37,260 nucleotides of DNA from contig NC_057719.1 in assembly GCF_004010195.1 (NCBI RefSeq), forward strand, positions 4,212,161-4,249,420, in the 5' to 3' direction. This DNA is from Chiloscyllium plagiosum. Its lineage: Eukaryota. Both the position numbers and the translations under genes were made by a program. This document shows positions 1 to 10,856 of this stretch, piece after piece (the first letter of the stretch is position 1; the number at the start of each line of letters is the position of its first letter). The notes under the pieces were generated by a model. That model worked only from the letters and a program-made list of their open reading frames with translations. It was not told the origin of the DNA and searched no databases.

Positions 1-74
1 CTGAGGCGGGAACTGAACCCGGGTCTCTGGCGCTGTGAGGCAGCAGTGCTAACCACTGTGCCACCGTGCCGCCC
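1..74 (-). mobile_element. HE1-type (V-SINE) tRNA-derived SINE, 5' head (cut by window start)
   Basis: Reverse complement reads GGGCGGCACGGTGGCACAGTGGTTAGCACTGCTGCCTCACAGCGCCAGAGACCCGGGTTCAGTTCCC with Pol III A box (TGGCACAGTGG) and B box (GGTTCAGTTCC); same head at 5160-5230, 18520-18590, 24805-24870. Confidence 0.9.
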
Positions 75-76
75 AT

Positions 77-148
77 TGATTTGGATCGGCTCAGGTTTGG
101 AGAACCGAAGGGCCTGTTCCTGGGCTGTAAATTTTCTTTGTTCATTCT
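77..148 (+). mobile_element. CR1 LINE 3' tail fragment
   Basis: ccgaagggcctgttcctgggctgtaaattttctttgttc matches the GAAGGGCCTGTT 3' terminus seen in other CR1 copies here (20077, 33405). Confidence 0.7.
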
Positions 149-159
149 AATCTGTGGAA

Positions 160-1951
160 CCAATCTGAAGCCCATCTAACTTACACTATTCCATTCTCAT
201 CCATATGCCTATCCAATGACCATTTAAATGCCCTTTAAAGTTGGCAAGTCTACTACTGTTGCAGGCAGTGCATTCCATGTTGTTACGAGTCTCTGAGTAA
301 ATAAACTACCTCTGAAATCAACCACCCCCCAATTTAAAGCTATGTCCCCTCATGCTAGCCATCGCCATCCAAGGAAAAAGGGTCTCACTGTCCAACCTAT
401 CTAACCCTCTGATTAGCTTGGTCTCAACTAAGTCACCTCTCAACCTTCTTCTCTCTAATGAAAACAGCCTCAAGTCCCTTAGCCTTTCCTTGTAAGACCT
501 TCCCTCCATAGCAGGCAACATCCTAGTAAATCTCCTCTGAACCCTTTCCAAAGCTTCCAAATCCTTCTTAGAATGCAGTGACCAGAACTGTACACAATAC
601 CAGAGTTTTCTACAGCTACACCTGTAGCATGGCCTCATGGTTCCGAAACTCAACAAGTACCAATAAAAGCTAACACACTGTAGGCCTTCCCAACAACCCT
701 ATCAACCTGGGTGGCAACTTTCAAGGATCCATGTACATGGGCACCGAGATCTCTCTGCTCATCCACACTACCAAGAATCTTACCATTAGCCCAATACTCT
801 GCATTCCTGTTACTCCTTCCAAAGTGAATCACCTCACACTTTTCCACATTCATCTCTATTTGCCACCTCTCAGCCCAGCTCTGCAACGTATCTATGTCCT
901 TCTGTAACCCACAACAGCCTTCGTCACTATCCACAACTCTACCAATCTTAGTATCATCCGCAAATTTACTAACCCATCCTTCTCCTCCCTCATCCAGGTC
1001 ATTTATAAAAATGACATACAGCAGTGAGCCCAAACAGATCCTTGCGTTACACTACTAGTAACTGAACTCTAGTATGAATATTTCCCATCAATCACCACCC
1101 TCTGTCTTCTTTCAGCTGGCCAATTTAGGATCCAAACCATTAAATCACCCTCAATCCCATGCCTCCGTATTTAATGTAACAGCCTACCGTGGGGACCCTT
1201 ATCAAATGCCTTACTGAAATCCATATACACCACATTAACCGCTTTACCCACATCCACCTGTTTAGTCACCTTCTCAAAGAACTCAATAAGGTTGCTGAGG
1301 CACAACCGACCTTCACAAAACTGTGTTGAATATCCCTAATAAACTTGTTCCTTTCTAGATGATTATAAATCCTCTCTCTTATAACCCTTTCCAACACTTT
1401 ACCCACAAATGAAGTAAGGCTCACTGGTCTATAATTACCAGGGTTGTCTCTACTCCCCTTCTTGAACAAAGGAACAACATTTGCTATCCTCCAGTCTTCT
1501 GGCACTATTCCTATAGACAATGACAACATAAAGATCAAAGCTAAAGGCTCGGCAATCTCCTCCCTGGTTTCCCAGACAATCCTAGGATAAATCCCATCCC
1601 CGAGGACTTATCTATTTTTACACTTTCCAGAATTCTAACATCTTCTTGAGAACCTCAATCCTATCTCATCTAGTGGCCTGTATCTCAGTATTCTCCTCGA
1701 CAACATTGTCTTTTTCTAGTGTGAATGCTGACGAAAAGTATTCATTTAGCGCTTTCCCATCTCCTCTGATTCCAAGCACAACTTCCCACTACAATTCTTG
1801 ATTGGCCCTAATCTTATTCTATTCATTCTTTTATTCCTGATATACCTGTAGAAAGCCTTAGGGTTTACCCTGATCCTATCCGCCAATGACTTCTCATGAC
1901 CCCTCCTGGCTCTTCTTAGCTCTCTTTAGGTCTCTCCTGGCTAAGTTGTAA
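160..1951 (-). mobile_element. CR1 (HER1-like) LINE, 5'-truncated, frameshifted ORF2 with reverse transcriptase
   Basis: ORF pieces 1266-1538 (VPEDWRIANVVPLFKKGSRDNPGNYRPVSLTS), 650-1033 (FINDLD..SKFADDTK) and 318-656 (LFSLERRRLRGDL) are colinear CR1 ORF2 segments. Confidence 0.95.
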
Positions 1952-2009
1952 GTGTGGCTGCATCATCTTTTGTGGCCTGTCTGTTGGCCAATGTCTTTTG
2001 TTTTATGCT

Positions 2010-2482
2010 TTTCATGGGATATGAGTGCCACAGGGAAGGCCAATATTTCTTGCCTATCCCTAATTTTTCTTACACTGAGTTGTTTGCTAGAGTATTTCAG
2101 AAGGCAATTCAGAATCAAACACATTGCTGTTAATGTATAGTCATGATTTGGAGATGCCGGTGTTGGACTGGGGTGTACAAAGTTAAAATCACACAACACC
2201 AGGTTATAGTCCAACAGGTTTAATTGGGAGCACTAGCTTTCGGAGCGACACTCCTTCAAAGGAGCGTTGCTCCGAAAGCCAGTGTGCTTCCAATTAAACC
2301 TGTTATGTATAACCTGGTGTTGTGTGATTTTTAACAATGTGTAGTCATGTAAGTCAGACCATGCAATGATGGGACCTTTCCTTCCTTAAAGAACAATAAT
2401 GAATCAAAGGAGGTTTTTCTTCAAGTTGATAGTTCTGATGGTCACAATTAGTTTTCAATTCCAGGTTTCTATTGATTGAATT
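2010..2482 (-). mobile_element. old SINE (family 'B' here), interrupted by a Penelope hairpin
   Basis: Similar to the fuller copy at 22591-22924 (cacattgctgt...agtca..tgta.gtcagacc...tttccttcc.t.aag); tail resembles the 3' end of the LINE at 6880-8055. Confidence 0.7.
2146..2335. mobile_element. Penelope-like terminal fragment (family A) as a head-to-head inverted hairpin
   Basis: ~75-bp inverted arms (gttaaaatcacacaacaccaggttata... / ...tataacctggtgttgtgtgatttttaac) match the end of the Penelope at 3918-3991; 14-bp TSD with one mismatch (2132-2145, 2336-2349). Confidence 0.85.
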
Positions 2483-2741
2483 TGTGGTCTTATCCCTGGT
2501 CCCAGGGGAAGAGGAAATCCCACCTCGGCACCATTCCATCCAGCAAAGTCTCTCGGTCTCTGCCTACATAGCAGGTATCAATTTCCCCTTAGTTACCCTG
2601 CCCAAGAATGTCAGGAACCATATTATGATTATTTGCAGTAAACTGCCCAGCCTTCAGGACAACATTGACCACAACGCCGTACAACGCTGTCAGAGTGTCA
2701 ACATGGATACCACCATTACACGTGGGGATACATGGGGCCTT

Positions 2742-2822
2742 CATTCCTGATGTAGCATCGATTTTCCTACTCCTCAGATGCCACCTGGCTTGCTGTGCTT
2801 TTCCAGCACCACTCTGACTTTG
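2742..2822 (+). mobile_element. short Penelope-derived terminal unit (family B) with hammerhead stem II/GAAA deleted
   Basis: attcctgatg[deletion]catcgattttcctactcctcagatgc..cctggcttgctgtgcttttccagcaccactct aligns with 28414-28500. Confidence 0.75.
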
Positions 2823-3184
2823 ATACGTGGGGACACCACCAACCGTGTATGCAACAGGTACAGAGGTGACTTGGCCAACATTGTCAATCTTATATGCTGC
2901 AGGCAAGGATGTCCTGAGGCACGGTACATTGGCAAGAGCAAACAGACACTGTGACAATGGATTAATGGACACTGCTCAACAATCAACAGACAGGGGTGTT
3001 CCCACCCAGTCGGGAAGCACTTCAGCAGTCGGGGACATTTAGCCTCAGATCTTCGGGTGACCATCGTCCAAGGCAGACTCCAGGACAGGTAACAATACAG
3101 AGTGGCCGAGCAGGGGTTGATAGCCAAGTTTGGTACCCATGGGGGTGGCCTCAACTGGGACCTTGGGTTCATGTGACCCCACTA

Positions 3185-3482
3185 CACTATCTCTCTCACA
3201 CACACATTCTTACATATACACTCATGCAGACCCTCTCTAATCCACACGCTCTCTCTCATATGCACACGCATACACCCCTCCCCACACTCACACCAACGCA
3301 CACATCCTCTCATAGGCTTAGACTCCATTACACCCACACCCCCACACACACTTTACCAAGCTTTCACATGCATACACACACTCTCTCATGTGCACTCACA
3401 CTCACACGTACACACTTACATGTGCACACTCACTCTGTCTCTCTCTCTCTGTCTGTCATGCACACACACCCACACATATATA
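3185..3482. repeat. degenerate (CA)n/(CT)n low-complexity tract inside the Penelope 3' UTR
   Basis: Interrupted cacacaca/ctctctct runs; explains the His/Thr-rich ORF 2996-3496. Confidence 0.9.
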
Positions 3483-3907
3483 GGTCTATGGGGTGAATCT
3501 GTGTTTGTAGAATTGTATTTGCAGATATATTCTATTTTGCTCAAAAAATGCACAGTCTTCAGGCAGTGAATGCTGGCAGTCAATACATGGAATATTTTGT
3601 AAATTCCACTTTGGAAATAGAACCAATCTGACTCAAGATCGGGATACAGACAGACTCAGATCTCACATCTTCAATACAATGTCTGAGCTGAGATGTCACC
3701 TTTTGTTATAAAACCTTAAATTATCTCGAAAAGGTGACTTAAAATAAGTTCTGGGATTTACATATTAATGAACCAAAACCTGCACCCCATTCTAAAACAT
3801 GAAAGACTTAACAATAATCGCGGTTTGTTCAATATATCATTTCAATTGCATGACACTGTAATGCTTTTGCGATAAATTCAGTGTCTTATGATCTTAACCC
3901 CCACAAC

Positions 3908-3942
3908 CACCTGATGAAGGAGCTGCACTCCGAAAGCTAGTG
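3908..3942 (+). ncRNA. minimal type I hammerhead ribozyme motif (family A), core intact
   Basis: CAC-CUGAUGA-A-GGAG-cugca-CUCC-GAAA-GC-UA-GUG: stem I CAC/GUG, stem II GGAG/CUCC, palindromic stem III AGCU; predicted cut after A3939. Confidence 0.8.
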
Positions 3943-4529
3943 ATTCCAAATAAACCTGTTGGACTACAACCTGGTGTTGTGTGATTTTAACTTTGTCCAT
4001 CCCAGTCATTACTTGCTACTGTGAGTCTCTCAAAAATGGACATGTAATCCAAAACTGAGGATTCATCATTTCCAATTCAATTCTCCCTAATAGTCCTCTA
4101 ATCTCATCGCTATAAACCCATTCAAATGGCTAAACCCAGTAGATCCATTTGGAGAATCTCTGGTAGCAAACAGTAAGAAATCTAATCCTTTAGTGCAATC
4201 ACGTCGGTATTTGTAACAGTATTCCAGAGTTTGATAACATGCCTCCAAAGTTCCCTGTATTTGTTGACTTCAATATGCAGTTGATTTCAGTTATTTTGTT
4301 CCCAAACTGCTAATAGTTTCCTGAAAAGCCTTAGACATAAAAGTTAGAACCCTGATCAGATTGTAACTCAGTTGGTAGTCCATAACCAGTAATAAACTGT
4401 GTTAATTTTTCCACCAGCAGTAATCATTCATAAGGGAATAGCGTCTGGGAATCAAGTTGTCACATTCATAATTGTAAAGATATACCGATGTCTGCTTTTG
4501 ATTTCAGTAAGAATCACGAAGACTGACTC

Positions 4530-4700
4530 AGAATCTGTCTACCTCGGCCTTCAATATACTCAACAACCCACCCTCGACAGCCCTCTGGGGTAAAGAATTC
4601 AACAGCTTCACTCTCCTCTGTGGAAAGAAATTCCTCCTCATCTCTCTCTTAAATGTGAGACCTCTTACTCTCCAGTGATGCCCTCTGGTTCTAGATTCTC
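4530..4700 (-). mobile_element. old CR1 3'-region fragment
   Basis: aagaaattcctcctcatctc...atgccctctggttctaga is the complement of the CR1 SRTRGH...EMRRNFF segment. Confidence 0.75.
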
Positions 4701-4944
4701 GCTATTCCCATAATTATCACAATAATTAAAACTTTTAAAAAGTATTCATTGTTCCCCAGTTTATCTGGTTTTCAGCCGCAGAATGACAGAGAGCGTGCGC
4801 CAGGTTTCTGTACTGAACATAGTCCCTATTATTTACAAGTAATTAGACTCGAGGTACAGGTAAGTAGTTGTATCCTATCAGCATATAGTTCTACTAATAT
4901 TCTAAAATTGCAGAAAAGGCTTCAGGAGATTGGAATAATGCTAA

Positions 4945-5230
4945 TTAGGTTAGATTCCTTACAGTGTGGAAAAGGCCCTTTGGCCCAACCAGTCCACACT
5001 GACCCTCTGAAGAGCAACCCACCCAGACCCAGTTCCCTCTGACTAATGCACCTAACACTATGGGCAATTTAGCATGGCCAAGACTGTGGGAGGAAACCGG
5101 AGCACCCGGAGGAAACCCACGCAGACACGGGGAGAATGTGCAATCTCCACACAGCCTGAGGCTGGAATTGAACCTGGGACCCTGGTGCTGTGAGGCAGCA
5201 GTGCTAACCACTGAGCCATCGTGCTGACCC
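4945..5230 (-). mobile_element. HE1-type SINE, near full length
   Basis: tRNA head (A/B boxes) at 5160-5230, central CTCCCCGTGTCTGCGTGGGTTTCCTCCGGGTGCTCCGGTTTCCTCCCACAGTC domain, CR1-like tail. Confidence 0.92.
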
Positions 5231-5529
5231 TAATATAATACCATTGTTCAAAAAGAGTGGCAGGCAGACAGTAGGAAACTATAAAGCACTATCATTGAAA
5301 TTATTGAAATCCATTATTAGAGAAGGAATAACAGGACATTTGCAAAATCAAAATCTAATCCATCGGAGTCAGCATGGTTTATGAAGAGTAAATTGTGTTT
5401 GACTAGTCCGCTAGAATTATTTGAGGATATAACAAGCAAGGTGGATAATGAGGATCCTGTAGATACAGTACATCTGGACTTCTAGAAGCATTTGATAAAT
5501 GCTGCACTAAAGATTAAAACACAAGTAGG

Positions 5530-5735
5530 GGAGCAAGTTACTGCAGATGCTGGAATCCGTTCTGAACACAACAAATACTGGAGATCACAGTGGGTCAGGC
5601 AGCATCCATGAAGACAGAGCAAGCTAACAATTCGAGTCTAAATGACTCTTCATCAGAACTGACATGAAGTGGGGAGGAGGCAGCATTTATGTACAGTGGG
5701 CAGGGGGGGCGCTGAGTTCTGGGGGAGAAAGTAAG
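5530..5735 (-). mobile_element. Penelope-like terminal fragment (family D) with degenerate hammerhead (5622-5660)
   Basis: Complement reads CTGATGA-A-GAGTC-attta-GACTC-GAAT..., then ggatgctgcctgaccc.ctgtgatctcc as at 29406-29490. Confidence 0.75.
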
Positions 5736-6014
5736 TGGAGTCCGGAGTAAGTGATTGGATCACACGGGGTTGGGGTATTTTATTGGCTTGGCTGGAGGAC
5801 TGGCTAACCAACAGAAAGCAGAGAGTCAAGACAAATGGGGTGCCACAGTGTTTGATCCTCAACCCCCAACTATTTATAATCTGTATTAATGGGTACAGCG
5901 ACAGAAAGTATATGATAGTCAGATGATACTAAAATAGGTCAAAACATAAGTTCATAGTATCATAGAATCCCTATTGCAATGTTACAATGAAGAAATAAGA
6001 AATTTTCAAATAGA

Positions 6015-6181
6015 CAGTTAAAAATCACACAATACCAGGTTATAGGTCAACCACCTGATGAAGGAGCAGTGCTCCAAAAGCTAGTGCTTCCAAATAGACC
6101 TCTTGGGACTATAACCTGGTGTTGTGTGATTTTTAACTTTGTACACCCCAGTCCACCACCAACTCCTCCAAACCATGGCTA
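6015..6181 (+). mobile_element. short Penelope-like terminal unit (family A) with small 5' inversion
   Basis: ~30-bp inverted piece, then ccacCTGATGAaggagcagtgctccAAAAgctagtg (G12A); 8-bp TSD caaataga (6007-6014, 6182-6189). Confidence 0.85.
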
Positions 6182-6549
6182 CAAATAGATATGGATCGGA
6201 ATTTGGCAGATGAGGTTAAACATGGATAAGTGTAAAGCTATCGATTTGTGTCAGAGTAATGGAAAGGCAACTCATTATCTAAATGAACAAAAATTACAGA
6301 GTATGTCGGAGCAGAGGGATTGAAGCATGAATCACAAAAAGCTAATATACAGGAACAGCAGGTAGTTAGGAAGGCAAATGGAGTTTTGTCATTTATTGCA
6401 AAAAGAAGCAAGTATAAAAGTAGGGAAGTGTTGTGATTAGTGAGATTGCACCTGGAGTTCAGTTTTGGTCCTCTTACTTGAGATGGGGCTTAGTTACATT
6501 GGAGACACCCCAAACAGCCCTGATTTTAATTGCTGTATCACTGACACTA

Positions 6550-6768
6550 AGGTATTCAGTCGTCCAGCCCCTCAGTCTTGAATTCCTTTCTTAAATCCGT
6601 CTCTCATTCTTTCTCCTTCTCCCTGTTCCTCTTGGATCTAGCAAATGGTCATCTTGCCTCTCTGAGACTGAATGGCAATTTCTGTTTTGATTATACTCCT
6701 GTGCAGCATTTTGAAATGTTTTTGAAATTTAAGGCACCATTTAAGTACCTATGGTTGTTGTTGCTGTA
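6550..6768 (+). mobile_element. old L2-type LINE 3' tail
   Basis: ctcctgtg.agca..ttg..atgtttt...ttaaggc.c.at.ta...gttgttgttg resembles recalled elasmobranch L2 termini; highly diverged. Confidence 0.55.
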
Positions 6769-6879
6769 GTTAGGAACTGGATGTGTCACATCACTAGACT
6801 GGATAGTGCATATAGTACCACCAGGTATAGTTAACCTGCGAGGGCAATGAAGGATTTTCTCTCAATACATTCTGAATCC

Positions 6880-8055
6880 CAGAGGGGAAGGGGAGAGTGA
6901 CAGTACTTGACGTTAAGGCCACATACAACCAAGTGTCGCATCAAGGACTCCCAGAAAAACTGGAATCAATGGGTATCAGGGGCAAACTCTCTGCTGGTTG
7001 GAATCATACCTAGCACATAGGAAGATGGTTGTGGTTGATCAAGGTCAGTCATCTCAGCTCCAGGACATCTCTGCAGGAGTTCCTCAGGGGAGTGTCCTAG
7101 ACCCAACCATCTTCAGCTGCTTCATCAATGACCTTCCCTCCATCATCAGGTCAGAAATGGGAATGTTCGCCGATGATTGCAAAATGTTCAGCACCGTTCG
7201 CGACTCCTCAGATACTGAATCAGTCCGTGCTCAAATGCAACAAGGTCTGAACAATATCCAGGCTTGGGCTGACAAGTGGCAATTAACATGCATGCCACAC
7301 AAATGCCAGGAAATGACCATTGCCAATCAGAGACAATCTAACCACCGTCCCTTGATATTCAATGGCGTTACCATCACTGAATCCCCCACTATCAACATCC
7401 TGGGAGTTAGCATTGATGAGAAACTCAGCTGGACTCAGCATATAAACACAGTGGCTATCACAGGAGGTCAGAGGCTAGGAATACTGTAGAAAGTAACCTC
7501 CTGACTCCCCAAAGTCTGTCCATCATCTCCAAGGCACAAGTCAAGAGTGTGATGGAATACTCCCCTCTTGCCTGGATGGGTGCAGCTCCAAGAACACTTA
7601 AGAAGCTTGAAACCATCCTGGACAAAGCAACCCACATAATTGGCATCATATCCACAAGTATCCATTCCCCCCACTATTGATGCTCAGTAGTAGTAATAGC
7701 AATGTATACCATCTACAACATGCACGATAAAAATTCACCACAGATCCTTAGACCGGACCTTCCAAATCTATGACCACTTCCATCTAGAAGGGCAGCAGAT
7801 ATATGGGAACACTGCCATCTGCAAGTTCCCCTCCAAGCCACTCACAATCCTGACTTGGAAATATATCACCATTCCTTCACTAGCTCAAAATCCTGGAATT
7901 CCCTCCCTAAGGGCATTGTGGGTCCACCTACAGCACACAGACTTCAGCGGTTCAAGAAGGCAGCTCACCCCCACCTTCTCAAGAGACAACTAGGGATGGG
8001 CAATAAATGCTGGGCCCAGCCAGCAATGCCCAAATTCCAGGAATGAATGAAAAGA
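6880..8055 (+). mobile_element. CR1/L2-group LINE (distinct family), 5'-truncated RT pseudogene with intact 3' end
   Basis: ORF 6998-7489: SAGVPQGSVLDPTIFSCFINDLP..MFADDC..WADKWQ..ILGVSIDEKLSW; C-terminal WNSLP..FKKAAH; 3' tail ending gaatgaatgaaaa. Confidence 0.92.
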
Positions 8056-8110
8056 AACATCGATTCTATTTTGAAAGAAGTAACTGGCTAGTATTGGGTT
8101 GGTAATGAGC

Positions 8111-8205
8111 CTTCCTGAAGAAGGGCTTATGCCCGAAACGTCGATTCTCCTGTTCCTTTGATGCTGCCTGACCCGCTGCGCTATTCCAGCAACACATTTT
8201 TAAGC
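8111..8205 (+). mobile_element. 95-bp Penelope-derived terminal unit (family B)
   Basis: Near-identical to 18852-18939 and 26522-26619; 7-bp TSD aatgagc (8104-8110, 8206-8212). Confidence 0.88.
8113..8144 (+). ncRNA. minimal type I hammerhead ribozyme motif (family B), core intact
   Basis: UC-CUGAAGA-A-GGGC-uuau-GCCC-GAAA-CG-UC-GA: canonical GUC site (predicted cut after C8142), palindromic stem III ACGU, stem I only 2 bp. Confidence 0.8.
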
Positions 8206-8450
8206 AATGAGCAAGATGGGCAGCAGCACTCTTTTGTGATGGTTCAATATCCAGCCACAAGAGAGTGAGACTTCAGTCACCTTGATAGCAGACTGCATAA
8301 GGTCACCCTCCCCTGAAACTCATTAAACATCCAGTTGGGTTTGGCAATCCAACAGCTACATGGTCATTTGACATAATATTTTTTTCTAAATTAAATTCAA
8401 ACCCAAAATGCCATGGTGTGATTTAAATACATGTTCTCTACCCATATAAT

Positions 8451-8965
8451 ACTCCCAGGACAGGGACAGCACAAGATTAGATACAGAACAAATATCCTTC
8501 TAAATTGTCCTCATCCAACACTCCCAAGACAGGGACAGCATGGGGTTAGATACAGAATAAAGCTCCTTCTCTGCTGTCCTGATGAAACTCCCAGGACAGG
8601 GGCTGGACAAGGTTAGATACAGAGTAAATCTTTCTCTACACCATCCCCATGAAATACTCCCAGGACAGGTATAGCACAGGGTTATGTACAAACTAAAACT
8701 CCCTCTATATTTTTGCCATCAAGCAGTCCCAGGACAGGGACAGCACAGGGTTAGATACAGGGTAAAGCTCCCTTTACATTATCCCCATGAAACACGCCCA
8801 GGACAGGGGAAGCAAGGGATTAGATACAGGGTAAAGCTCCCTCTGCATTATCCCCATGAAACACACCCAGGACAGGGACAGCAAGGGGTTAGATATAGGA
8901 CAAAGCTCCCTCTACTCTAATAAACTAAAGTAAGGTTTTGTCTACACTGTCTCCATCAAACATTC
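8451..8965. repeat. 69-bp minisatellite, ~7.5 copies
   Basis: Unit actcccaggacagggacagcacagggttagatacagggtaaagctccctct..a.t.tccccat.aaac starts at 8451, 8520, 8587, 8656, 8725, 8794, 8863. Confidence 0.95.
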
Positions 8966-10856
8966 ACAGAATATATCTTCTGTTATTTCAGACCTGACAG
9001 AGTGCAACTATGGCACAGTTTAAGCTTTCTACACAGAGTTTCAGAATCACTTTTTATGTCAGACCTCTCCCTCCAAAGGCTCGTGATTTGGAAAACAGTG
9101 CGTCCACTGGGAGACCTGTCTCACCCCAAGTCCTTCCCTGCTTTCTGTTAGTGTCACATATTCGACGAGTTTAAAAAAAACCTTGATCTTGATAAGCTTC
9201 CTATTGCAGCAATACATACTCAAGAGCTAATCTTATTTAGGATTAATGCGTGAAAAGCAATCAGAGCCCCCGCAACAGAATCAGGAAACACTTTAATAAA
9301 TAGACTCTTTGTTCAGAAAGCTAGGAATCTGCAGAGGTCTTGATCTGGACTGAAACAAAATAATGAAATACACAAGTGATTGCATTTAATATTTAAAAGA
9401 AAACACAGGAAAATCTATATGATTTTTTTGACAGAAAGAATTCAAGATAGTTTTTTAGCTGCCTTTTCCGGACCAACTTAGCACAGCACAGTGAAGTATA
9501 ATAATGACTTATAACCTGTGTAGACACTGTGCAGACTCACTTCATGTCGTTTAACTCATTTATTCAACTCGCTGTAAAAACAAAGAAATGGCAAATAAAT
9601 ATGTGGAAGTTCATTGTTTCCCGAGAACCCGCTGCCAAGAAACTTTCCTATGACCTCTCAATGCAGTCCCAAGTTAGCACTAAAATACCCATCACTCAAC
9701 ACGGTTGCTCGCTTGTTCAGTTTGGCCCTGACCACACTACCCATCTTGGTTTTCTCTTCTCTCAGCTATTTTTGCCTTGCGCCTATTTCTACAAGAGAGA
9801 AAAAAAACAGAAGATTAAAAAAAAAACAGCTGTAGATATTTAAGTTTTGTACTGGAGGATTACTGTAAATTGCCATATGACAAATACAATGCACAGGGCA
9901 CTGGGCTGCTTATTAATGGCATGTATACAGCAGGCCGTTTTCAACGCTGGGCTCAGTCTGCACTCACTCAGACGTAATTAGAACCAGTTGGGCCCATGTG
10001 TTCCAGCGATCCATCCCATCATTCTCCAGAAATCCACTTTATCTCGGGCTGATATTAATTGATGGTGGATCATTTCTCTCCACTCTCTTTCCCTTAATGC
10101 TGTAATACCTCTTGTACAGTTACTTTATAATCCTTTCAGAACTTAAGTCGTATTAGACATAATTTTTTCAAAAGAGTTTTTAATATGTTTAGTAATTTTA
10201 ACGAACTGCTGCTGACACAGCCCACACTCTTCACTGTAACACTGATATACCCCACACCCCTTACTGTAACCCTCTGATATAGACCACACCCCTCACAGTA
10301 ACACTCTCTGACATACCCTACATGCTCTACTGTAACACACTGATATGCCCCACATCCCTTATTGTAACCCTCTGATATACACCACACCCCGCACTGTAAC
10401 ACTCTGATATACCACACACCCTGAACTGTAACCCTTTGATATAGACTGTACCTCTCACTGTAATACTGACTGATATACCCTACTGTAACACTCTGATATA
10501 CCTCTCATCCCTCACTATAAAACTGATATAACCCACACACCTCACTGTAACTCTCTGATATAGACCATATCCCTCAATGTAACACTCTCTGATATACCCC
10601 ACATACCCCATTATAACACTCTGATATACCTGACACCCTTCACTGTAACGCTGATGTAGCCCATATCCCTCACTATAACGCTACTCTATAGATCACACCC
10701 CTTACTGTAATATGAGAATATACCCCTCATCCCTCGCTGTAACACTCTGATATACTCCACACCCCTCAAGGAACATCCCGATATACCCCACTGCCCTCAC
10801 TTAACCCTCTTAACCCTCAGATATATTTGACATCTGTCAGTGTAAGCCTCTGATAT

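Larger units (their letters stand above)
2620..4007 (+). mobile_element. Penelope-like retroelement (Neptune-type), 3' part: decayed GIY-YIG endonuclease, 3' UTR, terminal hammerhead
   Basis: Frame from 2841 reads ANIVNLICCRQGCPEARYIGKSKQTL*QWINGH...PVGKHF...AEQGLIAKFGTHGGGLN with in-frame stops; ends in the family-A terminal module. Confidence 0.9.
4905..6506 (+). mobile_element. old, heavily deleted CR1 ORF2 relic hosting three younger insertions
   Basis: Segments read PLFKKSGRQTVGNY, FEDITSKVDNEDPVDTVHLDF and LAWLEDWLTNRKQRV..GVPQ in colinear order, around the insertions at 4945, 5530 and 6015. Confidence 0.8.

Noticed and set aside
1..74. tRNA gene (also the heads at 5160, 18058, 18520, 24805, 30745)
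   Set aside because: A/B boxes belong to SINE heads followed by SINE bodies; no complete cloverleaf evident
2996..3496. His/Thr-rich 166-aa ORF (similarly 29033-29269 and 33396-33638)
   Set aside because: Translation of CA/TG low-complexity tracts
6998..7489. Stand-alone reverse transcriptase (retron/DGR-like system)
   Set aside because: Ordinary non-LTR LINE RT fragment continuing through frameshifts into a LINE 3' tail
8431..8920. PGQGQ-repeat protein ORFs
   Set aside because: Translation of the 69-bp minisatellite; frame broken between units; no splice or promoter support
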